Below are positions 61,114 through 64,000 of a stretch of 64,000 bases of DNA, piece after piece; the first letter of the stretch is position 1; every line of letters begins with the position of its first letter. The translations under genes were made by a program, and so were the position numbers. The notes under the pieces are model-generated. The model was not told where the DNA came from. It did no database searches and saw only the letters and a list, made by a program, of their open reading frames with translations. The DNA is from an uncultured delta proteobacterium (GTDB taxonomy: Bacteria > Desulfobacterota > Desulfobacteria > Desulfobacterales > UBA2156): NCBI GenBank assembly GCA_963736855.1, contig CAVTQK010000015.1:320001-384000 (forward strand), written 5' to 3'.

Positions 61114-61794
61114 ATGAAAGCATTCAAAGATCAGATTGCCAAACTTCTCGAAAGCGATCCCTTTGAAAACGGGCTTTCCCAAATCCTGAATATGCCTCCG
61201 CGACGGGTGATCAACCCTCTTCTCTCTTTTTTATATAGCACCCGGGAAGAAATCCGATGGCGTACGATTACCGCCATTGGAGCCTTGGTGGCTGACCAGG
61301 CCGACATGGACCTGGAAGGGGCCCGGGTGGTGATGCGCCGACTCATTTGGAATCTCAACGATGAATCCGGCGGAATCGGCTGGGGATCCGCAGAGGCCAT
61401 GGGAGAAATATGCGCCAAAAGCGAACGCCTCGCTTGCGAGTTTGCCAAGATCCTTGTTTCTTATATCGATCCGAAGTGTAACTTTATCGGGAACGAAACC
61501 CTGCAAAGAGGTCTGTTGTGGGGCATCGGCCGAATCGCCCAGGTCCGTCCGGAGCAACTTTCAGGAGTAGCCGTCCTTTTGATTCCATTTTTCAATGCCG
61601 AAGATCCCATCCTTAGGGGGCTTGCCGCCTGGGCGTCTTTTTCGTTGAAAGATCCCCTTCTGGCACCTTATCTTGCCGCATTATCCGAAGATATGTCATC
61701 CATCACCCTTTTCATTAACGCTAAACCGAAAACGATGCGGATCAAAGATCTATCTTTATTAGAGGCAGAAAAAGCAAAGATGTATAATCGCTGA
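61114..61794 (+). CDS. HEAT-repeat protein (DVU0298-like)
   Basis: ARVVMRRLIWNLNDESGGIGWG.AEAMGE; family recalled, not searched. Confidence 0.8.
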   Translation: MKAFKDQIAKLLESDPFENGLSQILNMPPRRVINPLLSFLYSTREEIRWRTITAIGALVADQADMDLEGARVVMRRLIWNLNDESGGIGWGSAEAMGEICAKSERLACEFAKILVSYIDPKCNFIGNETLQRGLLWGIGRIAQVRPEQLSGVAVLLIPFFNAEDPILRGLAAWASFSLKDPLLAPYLAALSEDMSSITLFINAKPKTMRIKDLSLLEAEKAKMYNR

Positions 61795-62075
61795 AGAGTC
61801 AATTGATAAGAACTATCTATTACACGGACGGACTGAACACGGGAAAGAGCCTAGTGGCCGCCCTGCGCAGCAAGATCCCGGACCAACTCGACGCCGGGGA
61901 TCAGATTCTGCTGCCGCAGCTCGACCTGACCGATCCCTACCACCGCGCCAAGGCCAAATCCTGAACTTGGACATTCTCTTCCAGAAAGGTAACGATGCCC
62001 ATTCTTCGGGGAAGCGATAAAAGGGCCTCATCCCTCGACAGAACGCTGTGTAACATTGCCCTATTACCATCGCCT

Positions 62076-62104
62076 TTGACACAAAATAATCCTTTCCATA
62101 TCAT
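62076..62104 (+). promoter_or_regulatory. Sigma70 promoter of the yeeE-like pair
   Basis: TTGACA-N17-TATCAT. Confidence 0.7.
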
Positions 62105-62238
62105 CACTTTATACAACTGCAAGTCCTTAGTCGGACGTCTTTTCGGCCATTACTGCCATCGGGATTCGAGGTCGCGGTTTTGGAATGGATTGGAGCCGCG
62201 CTGAGCAGAGGAAAACCAAGCCAAGAAAGGAGGCACGG

Positions 62239-62766
62239 ATGGAACCAGAGAACGGCAAAAGAGGGTGGAATCCCTATGTTGCCGGCGCGCTGACAGGGCT
62301 CCTGCTGGTCTTTTCCGTCTGGTTTACGGGGAAGTACGTAGGGGCATCCACAACCTTCGTCAGGTCCGCCGGTTACATCGAAAGGATCTTTAACGAGGAA
62401 CGGGTGGCCCAGATCGCTTACTTCAAGAAGGAACTCCCAAAGATCGATTGGCAGTTTCTGTTTGTCATCGGCATCTTCTTCGGGGCCCTCGCGGCTTCGA
62501 CAACTTCCCGGTCCTTCCGCTGGCAGGCCGTCCCTTCCCTCTGGGAAGGCCGTTTCGGACCGACTGTCCCGAAGCGGGCCGTGATCGCCTTCATCGGCGG
62601 CGCCGTGGCCATGTTCGGAGCCCGCCTTGCCGATGGGTGACCGAGCGGACACGGACTGAGCGGTTCGCTTCAGTTAGCAGTCAGTGGCTATATCTCTTTG
62701 ATCTGTTTTTTTGTGGGCGGGATTGCAATGGCCCGCAGTCTCTACCGAGGAGGGAATAAATCATGA
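62239..62766 (+). CDS. YeeE/YedE-family sulfur transporter subunit, probable selenoprotein
   Basis: WNPYVAG..FGARLADG-U(TGA 62638)-PSGHGLSGSLQLAVSGYISLICFFVGGIAMARSLYRGGNKS; extended stop overlaps the next ATG; AAGGAGG RBS before 62239. Confidence 0.9.
62654..62675 (+). promoter_or_regulatory. Candidate bacterial SECIS element
   Basis: ACTGAGCG-GTT-CGCT(T)CAGT hairpin with a bulged U, starting ~14 nt after the UGA. Confidence 0.75.
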
Positions 62767-63290
62767 GCGAGCTCGTCTATGGTTTCATAACCGGGATCAT
62801 TTTCGGCTTTCTCCTTCAGAAGGGGCGGGTCATCCGCTATGACAAACAGATTGGCGCCCTGCTCCTCGAGGATATGACCATTGTCAAATTCATGCTGACC
62901 ACGATTCTTGTGGCCATGGTGGGGGTCCACCTGCTTGTGGATCTGGGGTTGGCAAAGCTCTCCCTAAAGCCGACGATCCTCGGGGGGAATGTCATCGGAG
63001 GTCTGATCTTCGGACTCGGTTGGGGCCTTCTCGGTTACTGTCCCGGCACCCAGATGGGCGCCCTTGGCGAGGGGAGATGGGATGCCATCTGGGGAATCAT
63101 TGGCATGATCACCGGAGCGGCGCTTTTCGCCGAGGTTTATCCCGGACTGAAGGCGACGGTTCTGACTTGGGGGGATTACGGCAAAGTGACAATCCCCCAG
63201 CTTCTGGGAATCAACCATTGGCCCGTTATTGCGGTCATGGTCGTGCTGGGTCTACTCCTGTTTAGATGGTTTAAAAAGAAAGGCCTCTAA
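62763..63290 (+). CDS. YeeE/YedE-family sulfur transporter subunit
   Basis: GIIFGFLLQ, GGLIFGLGWGLLGYCPGT, GEGR.D. Confidence 0.92.
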   Translation: MSELVYGFITGIIFGFLLQKGRVIRYDKQIGALLLEDMTIVKFMLTTILVAMVGVHLLVDLGLAKLSLKPTILGGNVIGGLIFGLGWGLLGYCPGTQMGALGEGRWDAIWGIIGMITGAALFAEVYPGLKATVLTWGDYGKVTIPQLLGINHWPVIAVMVVLGLLLFRWFKKKGL

Positions 63291-63320
63291 ATCGGAATAC
63301 GCACACCTATTGTTCAATGC

Positions 63321-63350
63321 GGAACGGCCGGGATGATCCCGGCTGTTTCC
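63321..63350 (+). terminator. Terminator-like hairpin
   Basis: AACGGCCGGGA-tga-TCCCGGCTGTTT after the yeeE pair. Confidence 0.6.
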
Positions 63351-63520
63351 CCGCCTCTCTCGGCCAACTTTCGCTAAGAGCGTTGCCGATACCCTATGCC
63401 AAAAAGGTTTGAATGGCGACGGTAGCGCGGGGTACTGCCGTTGAATTTCTTGAGGCCAAACTGAAATAATCCTTCAGGCTTTCCCAACCGCAGTGGCTTA
63501 AGTCGGATTACAGCTTGTGG

Positions 63521-64000
63521 TCAAACAGAAAATAGCGCCTGAGGATCTTGGGGACACTCATCACCAGATGGAAGTGCAGGACGGCTTTGATGACATTGCC
63601 GCATAGCCATTTGCCGAACTTTGAGTTCCTGGATCTCACCGGCTTCCAGGTCGGGTTTCAAGGTCTTTTCCTCCCTGCCCCAAATAGAACCTGACCGGTA
63701 CATTCCTGAACTCCTTTTTACCCATATTCTGAATCTTTGCCGTAACGATAACCTCTTCCCCCAATGAAGGGGTCATGTTATTCACATTCAACTCAGTGAG
63801 CACTAGGTCGGTGGGAGGTTCCGGCGCTCGGGGAGGTTCGATGGGGCGGACGGAAGGTAGCGGCAGAAGAGGTGCCGTCGGCTTCATGGAGGGCTCCTTC
63901 CGGACAACTTCATGATGTTTGATGAAGATCTCCTGACTTCCGGCATTATCGTCCGTCTTGGATTTCTGGATTGCCCCGTCCGGATTGACATGGGCGATTA
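63521..64000 (-). pseudogene. 3' part of a multi-CARDB (Ig-like) surface protein, frameshifted and apparently truncated
   Basis: Open from the window edge: IAHVNPDGAIQKSKTDDNAG, Pro-rich linker, TDLVLTEL..GEEVIVTAKIQNMG..VPVRFYL; frame changes near 63680. Confidence 0.65.

Noticed and set aside
2815..61794. Other TGA stops as possible Sec codons (e.g. 2817, 53367, 55107, 58313, 61794)
   Set aside because: They fall at natural C-termini, not at conserved Cys positions, and show no convincing continuation.
1..64000. CRISPR array, prophage, rRNA or defence island
   Set aside because: No regularly spaced direct repeats, cas, phage, integrase or rRNA sequence was recognised by eye.

Overview
Core chromosomal region of an anaerobic deltaproteobacterium (Desulfobacterota-like, inferred from gene content). 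It is dominated by energy-conservation and redox genes: a cytochrome-associated Rnf operon with an RnfB-flavoprotein fusion, a full nqrA-F operon whose NqrA keeps two Fe-S motifs, a stand-alone CO dehydrogenase, an H+-PPase, and a large oxidative-stress cluster (Fur/PerR, rubrerythrin, desulfoferrodoxin, ferritin, rubredoxins, flavodoxin, FprA). Housekeeping genes include der, rarA, rsmA, ispE-tRNA-Gln-prs-rplY-pth, serA and sfsA. The strongest signals missed by the ORF track are two probable selenoproteins, each with an in-frame TGA at a conserved Cys position followed by a SECIS-like hairpin: an exported UxxC thioredoxin-like protein (41603-42187) and a YeeE/YedE sulfur-transporter subunit (62239-62766). 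About six frameshifts, one in the essential der gene, suggest assembly indel errors. All calls come from reading the sequence; no searches or folding programs were run.
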